A stretch of 64,000 nt of DNA from an uncultured Chloroflexia bacterium (GTDB lineage Bacteria > Chloroflexota > Anaerolineae > Promineifilales > Promineifilaceae): positions 19,314 to 83,313 of the forward strand of contig CAVQSM010000006.1 in NCBI GenBank assembly GCA_963715935.1. Direction: 5' to 3'. The position numbers were made by a program, and so were the translations under genes. The notes below the pieces were generated by a model. That model worked only from the letters and a program-made list of their open reading frames with translations, was not told the DNA's origin and ran no database searches. Positions 10,817 through 23,059 of the stretch are shown piece by piece (position 1 is the stretch's first letter; every line of letters begins with the position of its first letter).

Positions 10817-11119
10817 AGCTCCTCGAAATGTGTCCGGTGGCTGCCCGACGCCAGTGTAACCCGAACCAGAGCAGTCCGTCCAGCCGGCGGGTTGACGACC
10901 GCAGCCGCGACATGCCTTGTCTCCCGTCCGCTGCGCCCACTTGTGACATTCCGCGCCGCGAAACGTGACAAAGGACACTTGCCACGCTTACAGCCCGCGA
11001 CAAACAATAGGGGGCATTCAAGCCGTCGTGCTTGACCATCCATGGTCGCGGGGAGCCCGCGCTATGACCCATCACTGGCCTGTCACCGGCTAGATGACCA
11101 GTGGGTTAGGAGCCACAAC

Positions 11120-14100
11120 ATGAATACGGTTCGACGTCTCGGCTGGGGATTGTGTTTCTTGATCCTGATCGTTGTTCCTGTTGCCGTTCTGGCGCAGAGT
11201 CAGGGGCAGCCTCCGTCCGCACCGCGCTCGCTCACGGGCGATCTGGCGGTTATCTGGGGCGACCCGCTGCCGGGCACGCCGGGCGGGCCGATCTTCCATT
11301 ACTACTTGACTGACGATCAGGGTGTATCGCATAAGGTCGTGCTTGCTGACGTGTCGGGCATCACCGATGTGGAGATGGTAGCGCTGGACGGCGAGCGCCT
11401 CACCATGACTGTCGCCGCCGACGGCCGTCTCCTGTCCCGTCCGGACCTGATTGCTGCGCCGCGCCTGCGTCGAAGTCCGGTTCGCCACGCGCCAACCGGC
11501 TAGACCGGCAACCAGCCCTGGGTCACCTCGCCTGTCGGTACTCGGACTGAACCTGTACGAACCGGTCTCGGTTGACTTTCTGCCGTGACATGTTCGCGAC
11601 ACGAAGCCGGGGTTGAATCATTATTGGCAGGACATCTTCGTATGGTCAGATGGACTCGACGGCAGTGACGCGTTCGGCTGGTACATCCTGCCGCATACCC
11701 GCGACTACTACCGGGCGGGCGGCTACACCCATACGGAATGAGCTGTACCGGGACTGTGTGGCGGCGGCCGATCCGGACGTCTACTTTCCCGACTACGCCG
11801 GCATCAACATGGTCTTCAACTGGGGGCTGCTCGGCTTCTCTTATGGCGGACGGTTCACGATACGCTGGACGGCGTGGAGATGTCCTGGGGGCGAACCTGG
11901 ATTCTCGGCGCGTACTGCGACCTGTCGATTACTGGCCCACGAGATGGGTCACGCGCTTGGCCTGAACCATTCGTTCACGTCCACCGGCGAAGCGTACAAG
12001 AACGCCTGGGACGTCATGAGCATGGATCGCTACAACTGCGACGCCGGCAGCCCGTATCGTGGATGCCGATCCACGGCTGCATTGCCGCAGAATACGCTGG
12101 CCTATCAATCTTCGCGAGCTGGACTGGATTCCCGATGACGCAGTCGGTCGTCGTGCAGTGTCCCGGCGAGTACCACACGTCAGGCTGGAGCGAACGAGCC
12201 GGCCCCAGGCAGAAAACCCGCTCCTGGTCACCGTCATCGACGCCCGCAACCTCAACGAGCCCGCCTTCACGATCGAAGCGCGTCAGCAGGTCGGCTACGA
12301 CAAGAAGCTGCCCGGGGAGCGCGGTCATCATCCACGAATGTCAGCAGCTACTTGGCCCACCATTGTCGATACCGATGATCTGCTGGTGTCCTACGATGAG
12401 GGCGCGATGTGGCGTGGTCGGGGAGACGTTCGATGATCCGTACAGCGACTTCACGCGTGACGGTAGATACCCCAACCACAACCGGCGGCTTCAAGATTAC
12501 GGTGAACGTGCCAGACTGGTTCGAGCCGAACGACACGCAAGGAGAAGCCACTTCCTTGATGGAGCCGAGCATCGACATTGGACCCAGACGGATAGCTGGC
12601 CGCCATCCAGCAGCCGGGCGACGTTGATCTCTTCAGCGTTCCCGGTGTGGGACACGATCTACGGGCTGCGGGCCGAAGTCCATGTGACTGGCATCGACAG
12701 TCTGCTCGACCCCATCGCTGACACTGTACAGCGAGTATCAGGGTCAGCTGGTACGAGGTTGCTACAGAACGATGATTACGGTGGGTCTGGATGCCAGCGA
12801 TCATGGTTGATCGGCTCTACCAGGGCATCTACTATCTTGAGGTGCGGTCGGCCGATCCGGACTCAGGGCGGCGACGGGTTACAACTATGAACTGGTATAT
12901 CGCTTCGGAGGTTGACAGCCAACGAGTTGAACGATTCCTGTCTCGGACGCCACAACCAGTCGAGTACGGTGCGAAGATCAGCGGGGCCACGATCGGGCTG
13001 CCCGGTGACGAAGATCTACTACGTCTTTGACGGCAGCGCGGGCGACGAGATCACCGTCGACATCGACGCGGAGACAATCGGGTCGATGATGGATCCGGTG
13101 CTGTACCTGTACAACGACGCACAGGAGCTGCTGGCCGAGATGGACGACGATGCTTACTATCTCGATCCCAATCTGACCTTCACGCTGCCGGAGACCGGCG
13201 CCTACTATCTTGATGGTGCACGAGTTTGAGCATGGTGTGGAAGGGGATGACCGGTACGACTACAATCTGTCGCTGACCGTCAAGGACGGCAACGAACCGA
13301 ATGACGAGATCGACACCGCCACACGCATTGCCTATGGGGACATTGTCACTGATGGTCTGATTGGCGCGGCCGATGATCTTGACTACTATGCCTTCACGGG
13401 CAAGGCGGGCGATGTGGTCCGGGCGGAGGTCACGTCGTATGAAAGCAGTATGCCTCTGGATGCCAGACTATCCTTGCAGGTGCGGATCAATGGCGACGTG
13501 GAGGAACTGGCCCAGAACAATGACTATGTCCTGGGCAAACGGGATCCCCGCCTGCTCTATGTCCTGCCGCTCAACGGCACATACTATCTCGAGGTGAGCC
13601 CCAACTACTACGCTGACCCGGATGGCCTGCGCTCCACCTACCGGCTTGGTCTGTTCAAGGAGAGCGACCCGCATGAACTGAACGACCATTTCTTCCACGC
13701 CACGCCGCTGGCTTACGGTGGTTTGATTGACGATGCGGTCATCGGCTCACCCGGTGATGAGGATTACTACACGTTTGAAGGGCATGAGGGCGACGAGATC
13801 ATCATCGATATCGACGCGGAGGCGAACGGTTCGCCGCTCGATTCGACCGTCGCCCTCTTCTCTGAAATCGCCCCCTATGACGATGAAATGCCACCGGTGG
13901 CCGAGAATGACGACGAGGAGATGTACTCCGTCGACTCCTACCTGACTTACACGCTGACGTATGATGGTCCCTACTACGTGCGCGTGCGTGATTTTCGTCA
14001 TGGGCTGGCAGGGAGCAGCGACCACACCTACGCCATTACGCTGGCCGTGGCCGACGCCAACGAACCGAACGACCAGCTGCTGGAGGCGACCGACATCGCC

Positions 14101-14839
14101 TATGGCGACACGGTCCGCTTTGGGGCGATTGGTGACAAGGATGACGTGGACTACTATCCGCTTCCACGGCGAAGCGGGGCAGCTGGTCCGGGCGTGGGTG
14201 GACGCCGCCGACAGCGGCTCGCCGCTCGACGCCCAGCTTGTCCTCTACCGCACGGAAGGGTCGACGCTGGTGGAGCTGGCCGAAAGCGACGATCAGAGCT
14301 TCTTCACGATCGATCCGCAGCTGGTCTACGAGCTGACGGCCGACGACTTCTACTACCTGCTGGTGCGGTCCAGCATCCCCAACGACGGGGGAGCGCGCTA
14401 CTTCTACCACCTATCGCTGGCCGAGGAGACGGACCCCAACGAGTTGAATGACACGTTCGCCCAGGCGACCGATGTCGAATACGGGGTTCCGGTGGATAAT
14501 GCCACGATCGGTGTGGCGGGTGACGTCGACTACTACCACTTCTCCGGCAAGGCCGGGGACCCGGTGACGATTGTCGTCGAGAGCGAAAGCCTCGGCTCCA
14601 GTCTGGATGCGAAGTTGACCCTGATGGACGACAATTACAACGATCTCGCGGTCAGCGACGATCCGGACTCGTCCGACGCCCGGCTGTTCTACACGCTGCC
14701 GGACGATGGCGGCTACTTCCTCATGGTGGTGGACGCGGATCACGGCGCGGTAGGTGGGCCGGAATATACGTACCAACTGCGCGTGAACATGACCTACTTC
14801 ATGATGATGCCCGCCGTCATGCGAGGCACGTCGGAGTAG
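11120..14839 (+). CDS. Secreted metzincin-type (M6/M11-like) peptidase with about 6 tandem pre-peptidase C-terminal (PPC) modules (frameshifted)
   Basis: Signal peptide at 11120; HEMGHALGLNH plus WDVMS Met-turn; repeated E[PL]ND...AT.I.YG...IG..GD.DYY.F.G..GD modules about every 380 bp. Confidence 0.8.
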
Positions 14840-14863
14840 GAGACCGCAGGGAATCACGTTTCG

Positions 14864-15547
14864 ATGGTGACCAGGCAATGCCCCCGCGGCTACTTCTTCG
14901 AGGGGCAATTCGCCCATCTGCTGCTGCTCATTGGGCTGGTCGCGGGGGCGCTCTATCTGGCGGAGCCGGCGCTGGGCGACGGCGCGTGGCTGGGAATGAG
15001 CGATACGGCCTGGTTCACCACCATGCTCGTGGTCGTCGTTGCCCACCAGGTCTACGTCTGGTTCGGCGCGAGGGCGCAGCTCTGCTATGGGCTGTTTACG
15101 CGGCTTTTTGGCCGTCATGACATGGCAGTCTGGGGCGCGATCTTCCTGCCGCTGCTTGCGCTGAGGGTGGTGACGTTGGGCGGGTTGGCCCTGGCGGATG
15201 CCGGATCGTTGGGCGGGCCGCGCTGGCTGCAGCTGACGTTGGGCGGCCTGCTGCTCATCCCGGCCGCCTACACCGGCTACTCGGTCGCCCGCTACTTCGG
15301 AGTCCGGCGCGCGCTGATGGCCGACCACTTCCGCGCTGAATACCGGGCCATGCCGCTGGTGGACGAAGGCATCTTTCGCTACAGCAGCAACGCGATGTAC
15401 ACCTACGGCTTTCTGGTCTTGTGGTCCATCGCCCTGCTGGCCGGGTCACGAGCGGCGTTGGCCGGTGCGCTGTTCCAGCACGCCTACATCTGGGTCCACT
15501 GGTACACGGTCGAGCAGCCGGATATGCGGCTGATCTACAGCAGGTGA
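14864..15547 (+). CDS. Membrane methyltransferase-like protein (PEMT/ICMT family)
   Basis: Multiple TM segments; PLVDEGIFRYSSNAMYTYG motif and C-terminal EQPDMRLIYS. Confidence 0.7.
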   Translation: MVTRQCPRGYFFEGQFAHLLLLIGLVAGALYLAEPALGDGAWLGMSDTAWFTTMLVVVVAHQVYVWFGARAQLCYGLFTRLFGRHDMAVWGAIFLPLLALRVVTLGGLALADAGSLGGPRWLQLTLGGLLLIPAAYTGYSVARYFGVRRALMADHFRAEYRAMPLVDEGIFRYSSNAMYTYGFLVLWSIALLAGSRAALAGALFQHAYIWVHWYTVEQPDMRLIYSR

Positions 15548-15636
15548 AGGGCACGGTTTCTGAGCAGTCGGGCTGTTCGCTTGAGAGCGCCACCGCCCAT
15601 AACCGCGCCTGCGGGTTTGAGCTATAATCGAGTGCC

Positions 15637-18357
15637 GTGTCTGCGACTTTACTGCAAACGAAGCTCTTCATCCCCCAGCAGCGGCCGAACTTGGTCGCCC
15701 GGCCCCACCTATTCGACCAGCTGAATGCCGGATTGAGGCAGGGGCGCCGGCTGACTCTGGTAGCTGCGCCGGCCGGGTTCGGCAAGACGACGCTCGCCGG
15801 CACGTGGGTGCGGACCAGCGACCGCGCGGCAGCGTGGCTAACACTGGATGAGGTCGATGGGGATCCCACCCGCTTTCTCGCCTACTTCATAGCCGCGCTG
15901 CAAACCGTCTTGCCGGGCGTGGGCGAGGACCAGCTCGCCGCGCTGCAATCACGACAGCCCCCGGCGGCCGAGGTGACGTTAACCGCCCTGCTCAATGAGA
16001 TCACCAGGTGGGATCGACCGTTCGTTATGGTCTTTGACGACTATCACCAGGTCGATAATCCGGACATAGACGACCTGGTGCAATTAATGCTCGAACACGT
16101 GCCACCGTCCATGCACGTCGCCATTCTTGGCCGCGAGGACCCTGACCTGCCGCTGGCACGCTGGCGGGCACGTGATTGGATCACAGAGCTGCGCGTGGCC
16201 GACCTGCGATTCAGTCACGCGGAGGCGGCCGGGTTTCTCCGGTCGGTCATGGGGCTGGACCTCGCCGCGGATGACATTGCCATCCTCGAACGGCGCACCG
16301 AAGGCTGGGTCGCCGGACTGCAGCTGGCTGCGCTGACGATGCAGGGCCGGGATGATGTGTCCAGCTTCATTCGCACGTTCGCCGGAGATAACCGCTACAT
16401 CATCGATTATCTGGCTGAGGAAGTGCTGGCGCGACAGCCCGCGCCGGTTCGGCGCTTCTTGTTGGCCACCGCCATCCTGGATCGCCTTTGCGGGCCGCTC
16501 TGTAATGCGGTGACCGGCCAGACAGATGGCAACCGGACGCTCGATATGCTGGAGCGCGCCAACCTGTTCGTCGTCCCGCTTGATGACCAGCGAAGCTGGT
16601 ACCGTTATCATCAGCTCTTCGCCGATGTATTGCAGGCCCATCTCCTGGACGAAGCGCCGGAGGATGTGTCGGATCTCCACCGGCGGGCCAGCGTCTGGTA
16701 CGAACAGCAAGATCTGCCGGGAGATGCCGTGCGCCATTCGCTGGCGGCGCAGGACGCGGAGCGGGCGGCTGACCTGCTGGAATGGGCCTGGCAGGATATG
16801 AACCGGACGTACCAGTCGAGCCCGGCTGAGGCGGTGGCTGGAGCACCTGCCGGAGGAGACAATCCGCAACCGGCCAGTTCTGCTCATGGCGTTCGCCTGG
16901 GCGCTGCTCAGTGACGGAGAGCTTGAGGCGGCCGGAAACCGGCTGGATGACGCTGAGCGCTGGCTCGATGCGGGGCCATCCCTGACAGAGGAGATGATCG
17001 TGCGGGACGAGGTGCAGTTCCGCGCGCTGCCGGCCACCATTGCTTCAGCCCGGGCCTACAGCGCCCAGGCATTGGGCGACGCAGAGGCGGCCGTTCGTTT
17101 TGCGCGCCAGGCGCTGGAGCTGCTGCCTCAGGATGAGCCGTTCGAGCGGGGCGTGGCCTCTGCCTTGCTTGGTCTGGCCCAGTGGGAAGCGGGCGACCTG
17201 GCCGCTGCTGAGCGCACCTTCGCCGCCGGTCTCGACCGCATGCGGGACGCAGGGCAGACTATGGCCGCCCTCAGCGGGACATTTGTCCTGGCGGCGATTT
17301 TGCGGGCCGAAGGCCGGTTGCGCGAGGCGATCCGGCTGTATGAGCAGATCCTGCAGGAAGCCATTTCGTCCGGTGAGCCAGCGATGCGCGGAACGGCCGA
17401 CCTCCACCTCGGCCTGAGCGATCTGCTGTTTGAGCAGGGCGAGTTTGCTGCCGCAGAACACCATCTGCACCTGAGCGAATCGCTTGGCCACGACGCCGCG
17501 CTGCCCCCGATGCAGTACCGCTCGCGCCCGATGGTTCTGGCGCGGATGAAGCGGGCTCAGGGCGATTCCGATGCGGCGCTGGCACTGCTGGAAGAAGCCG
17601 AGCGGCTTTACGTCCGCGGCCCGGTGCCCGACCTGCGCCCGGTAGCGGCCATGAAAGCGCGCATCTGGGCGGCTAACGGGCGGTTGGCTGAGGCGCGGGA
17701 GTGGGCGCGGGCCTGCACGATTGACGGTGAGCCGCTTGCCTACCGCCGCGAGTATGAGCACCTGACCTTTGTCCGTGTCCTCCTGGCCCGCCATCGGGTA
17801 GAGGGGGATGATGAAGCGCTAACGCGCGCGCTGGCGCTGCTGGACCAGCTGGCGGCGGCGGCCGAAGCGGGCGGCCGCTGGCCGAGCGTCATCGAGTGCC
17901 TCATCTTGCAGGCGCTGGCCCGCCACGCCGGGCGGGACCCAGCCTGGGTGCCGGACCTTGAGCGCGCCCTGGCTCTGGCGGAAGAGACAGGCTACATGGC
18001 CCTGTTTTTCGACGAGGGCCAGCCGCTGCGCGACCTGCTGGCGGAGGCGCGTGCCGCCGGCGCGACAGGCCCGTACGCGGATCGCTTGCTGGCCGGGTTC
18101 GAGGCGCTGGCCCGGCCCGACGCCGCGCGGCAGACCGCCAGCACGCCGCGCCCGTGGGCCTGGTCGAACCGCTCAGCGACCGCGAGCTGGAGATACTACA
18201 CCTCCTCGACGAGGGACTCTCCAACCAGGAGATAGCGCAGCGGCTCCATCTGGCACTCAGCACTGTCAAGGGCCACAACGGCAACATCTACGGCAAGCTG
18301 AACGTCCGGCGGCGCACCGAGGCTGTGGCCCGGGCCCGCGAGTTGGGTCTCATCTAG
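15637..18357 (+). CDS. MalT-like ATP-dependent LuxR-family transcriptional regulator (frameshifted)
   Basis: LLQTKLFIP start, APAGFGKTT, FDDYH, TEGWVAGLQLAA, YRYHQLF, TPR region, and C-terminal LSDRELEILHLLDEGLSNQEIA HTH. Confidence 0.92.
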
Positions 18358-18391
18358 CCCATCCCCAGCGTCGTCTTCCCGACGCATCCTC

Positions 18392-18428
18392 CCTACCATA
18401 TACCATACTCGACCCATACTTAAGTAGG
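18392..18428. promoter_or_regulatory. Candidate activator boxes (CCATACT direct repeats)
   Basis: CCATACT at 18403 and 18414 (11 bp apart), a related CCTACCA at 18392 and an inverted AAGTAGG, all directly downstream of the MalT-like gene. Confidence 0.45.
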
Positions 18429-18508
18429 TCGACGGTCGTACCGCCAGTCCGCTATGCTGTCCCCATGTTGAAGTCGCTCCGGGAGTGACCCGGCGACAAA
18501 GGAATCAC

Positions 18509-18784
18509 ATGACGACAGACAATGGCACCCCCCACGACGACACCAGCCGGCCCAGCCTCTATGAGATCCGCATCCAGGGTCATCTGGAGCCGCGCTGGGC
18601 GGAGCGGTTCAGCGGCCTGGAGATGACTCTCGTCGATAACGACACTGTCCTGACGGGCGAGGTTGTGGACCAGGCAGCGCTGCACGGTCTGTTGAAAGTG
18701 GCTCGCGACCTGGGCCTGGTGCTGCTCTCTGTCGTGCGCCAGGAACCCGGCGCAGAGGATGATTCCAGCGCTCGCCAGGCTTAA
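18509..18784 (+). CDS. Small conserved hypothetical protein (YEIRIQGHL...DQAALHGLL type)
   Basis: AAGGA RBS; this protein type is often found next to MalT-like regulators (recall). Confidence 0.75.
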   Translation: MTTDNGTPHDDTSRPSLYEIRIQGHLEPRWAERFSGLEMTLVDNDTVLTGEVVDQAALHGLLKVARDLGLVLLSVVRQEPGAEDDSSARQA

Positions 18785-18838
18785 TCCCGGCACTTCAACG
18801 CGAACCATTCATCGTCCATAGTTAAAAGGAGACCTGTC

Positions 18839-19618
18839 ATGAGTTCAATCAAGCGTACGGCCCGCATTGCGGGCGCCCTCTATCTGCTTATCTTTCTGTT
18901 GTCACCCTTCGCCTTTTTGTACAGCCCGTCGGCCATTGTGGTTCCCGGCGACGCGGCAGCGACGGCCAGCAACGTCCTCGCATCCGAGACGATTTTCCGT
19001 CTGGGGATGGTCGCTGAGTCGCTCGTCTTCCTGATCGAGGTGATCCTGGCGGCCGTCCTGTTCAAGCTGCTCAGCCCCGTCAACCAGACCCTGGCATTGG
19101 CGGCTTCGCTGTCTCGCTTCGGGGAGGCGGTTGTCCAGGCGGTCAATCTGCTGACATCGGTCATGGCCTTGCTGCTCGTTGGCGGCGCCGGCTATCTGGC
19201 GGCGTTCGAGCCGCAGCAGCTCCAGGCATTGGCCCTCCTGTTCCTGGACGCCAAGGAGTCGATCGTCCTGGTGTGGGGTCTCTTCTTTGGCCTGCACCTG
19301 CTGCTGACGGGTTATCTGGTCTACCAGTCAGGTTACTTTCCGCGGCTCATTGGCATCCTGCTGGCTGTGTCCGGCGTGGGGTATTTCATTGAGAGCTTCG
19401 GTACCTTTATCGCTCCGGAGTATGCCGGTACGCTGACGACCATCGTCATGGTCATGGCCATACCCGGCGAGCTGATCTTCATGATCTGGCTGCTGTGGAA
19501 GGGCGTGGACGAAGAGGCGTACGCCAGACCGGGCGGCGACCCAGCTGCCGGCCCCGGCTTACTAGAAACAACAAGATCAGGGCGGCCGGCTGCCTGGACG
19601 GGGCCGGTCGCCCTCTAA
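18839..19618 (+). CDS. DUF4386 family membrane protein
   Basis: AAGGAG RBS; ARIAGALYL, SGYFPRLIGILL and GELIFMIWLLWKG motifs. Confidence 0.85.
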   Translation: MSSIKRTARIAGALYLLIFLLSPFAFLYSPSAIVVPGDAAATASNVLASETIFRLGMVAESLVFLIEVILAAVLFKLLSPVNQTLALAASLSRFGEAVVQAVNLLTSVMALLLVGGAGYLAAFEPQQLQALALLFLDAKESIVLVWGLFFGLHLLLTGYLVYQSGYFPRLIGILLAVSGVGYFIESFGTFIAPEYAGTLTTIVMVMAIPGELIFMIWLLWKGVDEEAYARPGGDPAAGPGLLETTRSGRPAAWTGPVAL

Positions 19619-19658
19619 CCGCTGCCCATGACCGGCCGGCTCGAACCGGCAAAGGAGA

Positions 19659-20603
19659 ATGAAGATGAAAGCGATTGTAACGAGCAAGTATGGTTCAGCG
19701 GACGGGCTGGTGCTGCGAGACCTGCCAAAGCCCGCGCCGGCTGATGGCGAGGTGCTGGTCAGGGTCCGCGCCTCTACGGTCACGGCCGGCGATGTCATGC
19801 TGCGCCGGCTGACGTTCGCGCCGCTGTTCTGGTCGCCGGTGCGCCGTCTCATCGGCATGCCGCCACGCAAGCGGACGCCGGGCCACGAACTGGCCGGAAT
19901 TGTGGAGGCGACGGGCCGGAATGTGGCCGCGTTTCAAGCCGGGCGATTGCGTTTTCGGCACGACCACCGGGCTGGAGACAGGGGCCAATGCCGAGTACGT
20001 CTGTCTGCCGGAGCAGTCGGGCAGCAGCGTGCTGGCGTCGATGCCGCAGAATCTCTCCTTCGAGGAGGCCGCGGCGCTGCCCGTGGGGGCGATGACGGCG
20101 CTGACCATTCTGCGCCGGGCGGAGATTGGGCCGGACAGCCGGGTGCTCATCAACGGCGCGTCCGGCAGCGTCGGGACCTACGCCGTGCAATTGGCCAAAT
20201 GCACTGGGAGCGCACGTGACCGGCGTGTGCAGCACGCGCAATGTGGAGCTGGTGCAGTCGCTTGGGGCCGATGCGGTCATCGACTACACCCGGGAGAGCA
20301 TTCACCGACAGCGACCTCCGTTACGATGTCATCTTTGACACGGTCGGCAAGCTGTCGCCGTCGGACAGCAAGCGATCGCTGGCCGCGGGCGGCTCCTTTC
20401 TGACCACGCAGACGCGCACGGAGGAACGGCGCGAGACGCTGATTGAGGTGCGCGATCTGGCCGAGGCCGGCCATCTGCGACCGGTCATTGACCGGTGCTA
20501 TCCGCTGGCGGAAACGGCCGACGCCCATCGTTACGTCGAGACCGGGCGCAAGCGGGGCAACGTGGTCCTTGTCGTTGCCGGTGACCGCCGGGAGGCGCGC
20601 TGA
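19659..20603 (+). CDS. NAD(P)-dependent MDR-family oxidoreductase (frameshifted)
   Basis: YGSADGL, PGHELAGIVE, VLINGASGSVGTYAVQLAK, LRPVIDRCYPL...AHRYVETGRKRGNVV. Confidence 0.9.
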
Positions 20604-20605
20604 GT

Positions 20606-21723
20606 ATGGTCAGCAACGAGGGGCGGTACGCGGCGAGCTGGACCGACCGCTTCGGTAACCGGGTAGAGGCGCTGGCTGTGCCTGCCTGGGTCGTCTATGG
20701 CGCAATTGGTCTGGCGCTGGCCCTGGTCCAAAGCGCGCTTCTGTTGGCCGCCGGCGGCCGGGCCTATCTTGAGCTGGTGCCGGTGAGCGTCTTTAACAGC
20801 TTCCTGATCGCTTTCCTGCTGGGGTTGCTGCACCTGCTTGACCGGAAAGCGGCCGTTGCGCTGCGGACAATGCGCCCGGTGCTGGACCTCAGCGGGCCTG
20901 AATACGCGCAGTACCGGTACCGGATGGCCAACATGCCGCTTGGCGCGTCGCTCGTGGCGGGGCTGACGCTCCTGATTCTGGTCGTTCTTATGGAGACGCT
21001 CGTCGTTACGCCAGTGCGCTATGGCGGGCTGGAGGAGCTGCCGCTGTTCACGGTCGTGTACCAGATCGTCGATAAGGGGTCGGCCTTTCTGTTGGGTGTC
21101 TTTCTCTACCACACGATCCGCCAGCTGCGACTGATCCAGCGCATGACGACGCAACAGGAGCGTATTTCGCTGTTCAACCCTGCGCCGCTTCAAGCTTTCG
21201 CGCCAGTGACTGCGCTGACGGCCGTCGGGTTAATTGTCGCTGTCTACGGCTGGCTGCTGATCAACCCTGACCTGCTGGTTGACCCGGTGGTGATTGGCTT
21301 TACGGCCGTCATGACCGGGCTGGCCCTGGCGGTCTTTGTGTGGCCCCTCCATGACAGCGCACCGGCGGATGAAGGCGGAGAGGGACCGGATGCTGCTGGC
21401 TGTTGACCTGGAGTTCGAGAGCCAGTTTGCCCGCTTCAACCAGGCGTTAAGCGAGGGTGACTACACTCACGCTCGACCGCCTGAACGGGACGATAAACGG
21501 TCTGGGCATCCAGCGGGCGCGGATCGAAGAGCTGCCGGTGTGGCCGTGGCGTGCCGGGACGGCGCAGGCGGCGCTAACCGCCATTATGCTCCCGCTGCTC
21601 CTGCAGATTGCTCCAGCTTGTTGCCTGGCAGCTGTTTGGGTGGTGAAGGAGGTTGCTCGGTATGTGAGGGCCGTCGCCCACTGGCGCCCCTTGCTCCGCG
21701 GGCATTTGCCGGGCTCAACATGA
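20606..21723 (+). CDS. Hypothetical membrane protein (frameshifted; 3' end uncertain)
   Basis: About 6 TM segments; continues through frames to the LPVWPWRAGT...LLLQ motif. Confidence 0.6.
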
Positions 21724-21816
21724 GCAACCCTTGCACGCCGTCTTCCAGCGTGCCATACTTCCATCCGTTTGATCGCGCTGACTGCGATCAGATAACCCAT
21801 GTGAAGGAGCTGCCTA

Positions 21817-22936
21817 GTGCTTACTTACCGTCGTCTTGTTGCCCTTGTGGCGGGAACCCTCCTGCTGGCCGCTTGTGCCCAGCAGCCGCAAACGGTCGAA
21901 GTGACCCGCGTCGTGACCCAGGAGATCCCGGTCACCATCGAAGTCACCCGCGTCGTAGAAGTGGCTGTGGTCGAAGAAGTGGAAGTGCCGGTCGAAGTGA
22001 CCCGCATCGTCGAGATCGTCCCCACCGCCGTGGTCGAGCCGACGGCCGCCGCGCCGGAGCCAACGGCCGAACCAGTCCCGACCGAACCTCCCGCCCACGG
22101 CGACCCCGGCTGATCCAGCCGCGGGCAGCGCCTATACGGTGGCCTCCGGCGACACCCTGTCGTCGATTGCCGCTGCCACCGGCGTGACAGTGGCCGAGAT
22201 TATGGCTGCCAACAGCATGGGCGGTGACGCCATCATTGTCGGGCAGGAGCTGTTCATCCCCGGCTGGGACGGCGGTGCGCTGGCCGCAGCGCCGGCAGAC
22301 GACAACGCGCCGCCACCCGCTGCTGAGGAGCCGTCGCCGCCCGTAGCCGTCGCCGGGCCGAACCTGCTGCCCAACCCCAGCTTCGAGGGCGACTGGTACT
22401 TCTACCTTTATAATGAGCTGCAAATCCCCGACAATTGGCAGATCGTGACCGACGAAGGGCCGAACACGCTGGAACCCGGTTCCGGCGGCGTCTTTAACCG
22501 TCCCGAAGTGCGCGTTGTCCCGGCCAAGGATCTGCCGCCCGCCGAACAGAACAGCTTCATCTTCGAGGGCAACAAGACGCTGAAGGCGTTCAAGGGCGCG
22601 GCCCCGACCAGCTTCAGCCTGTTCACGGATGTGGCCTTGCCGCCGGGTGCCTATCGTCTGACGGTCAACTTCTTCCCCGACGCGGTGGCCGGCTATGACA
22701 ACCTGAAAAAGACCTACGCCACCGACCCGCTGGCGGCCGAAATGCGCATCATCCACGGCAACGGCGGCACCGGCTGGCAAACGACCCAGATCGGTCAGCG
22801 CAACACCGTGACCTACGACTTCACTGTGGAGGAAGGCGGGCCGGTCCGGCTGGGCGCGGGCTTCCGCAACCGCTTTGCGCTGGCCAACAACGGCTGGTTC
22901 ATCGACGGCTGGTCGCTGGAAGCTCTGACACCCTAA
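21817..22936 (+). CDS. LysM-domain lipoprotein with VEVTR repeats (frameshifted)
   Basis: AAGGAG RBS and GTG start; lipobox LLAAC; three [VI]EVTR[VI]V repeats; LysM YTVASGDTLSSIAAATGVTVAEIMAAN; NLLPNPSFEG carbohydrate-binding-like domain. Confidence 0.85.
22724..22936 (+). repeat. Direct repeat C, copy 1 (3' end of the LysM gene)
   Basis: Near-identical to 27666-27875. Confidence 0.97.
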
Positions 22937-22990
22937 TGTCGGCGCTGCCCTAGCGTCAGCGCCGCCCACGGCCAGCCCGGGCGAAGGCAA

Positions 22991-23038
22991 ACAAAAAGAC
23001 CCCCGTAGTTCATTGAGACTACGGGGGTCTGTTTTGTT
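22991..23038. terminator. Bidirectional intrinsic terminator
   Basis: AAAAAGACCCCCGTAGT-loop-ACTACGGGGGTCTGTTTT between convergent genes. Confidence 0.85.
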
Positions 23039-23059
23039 GCCTGGGATTTACCACCGGGT

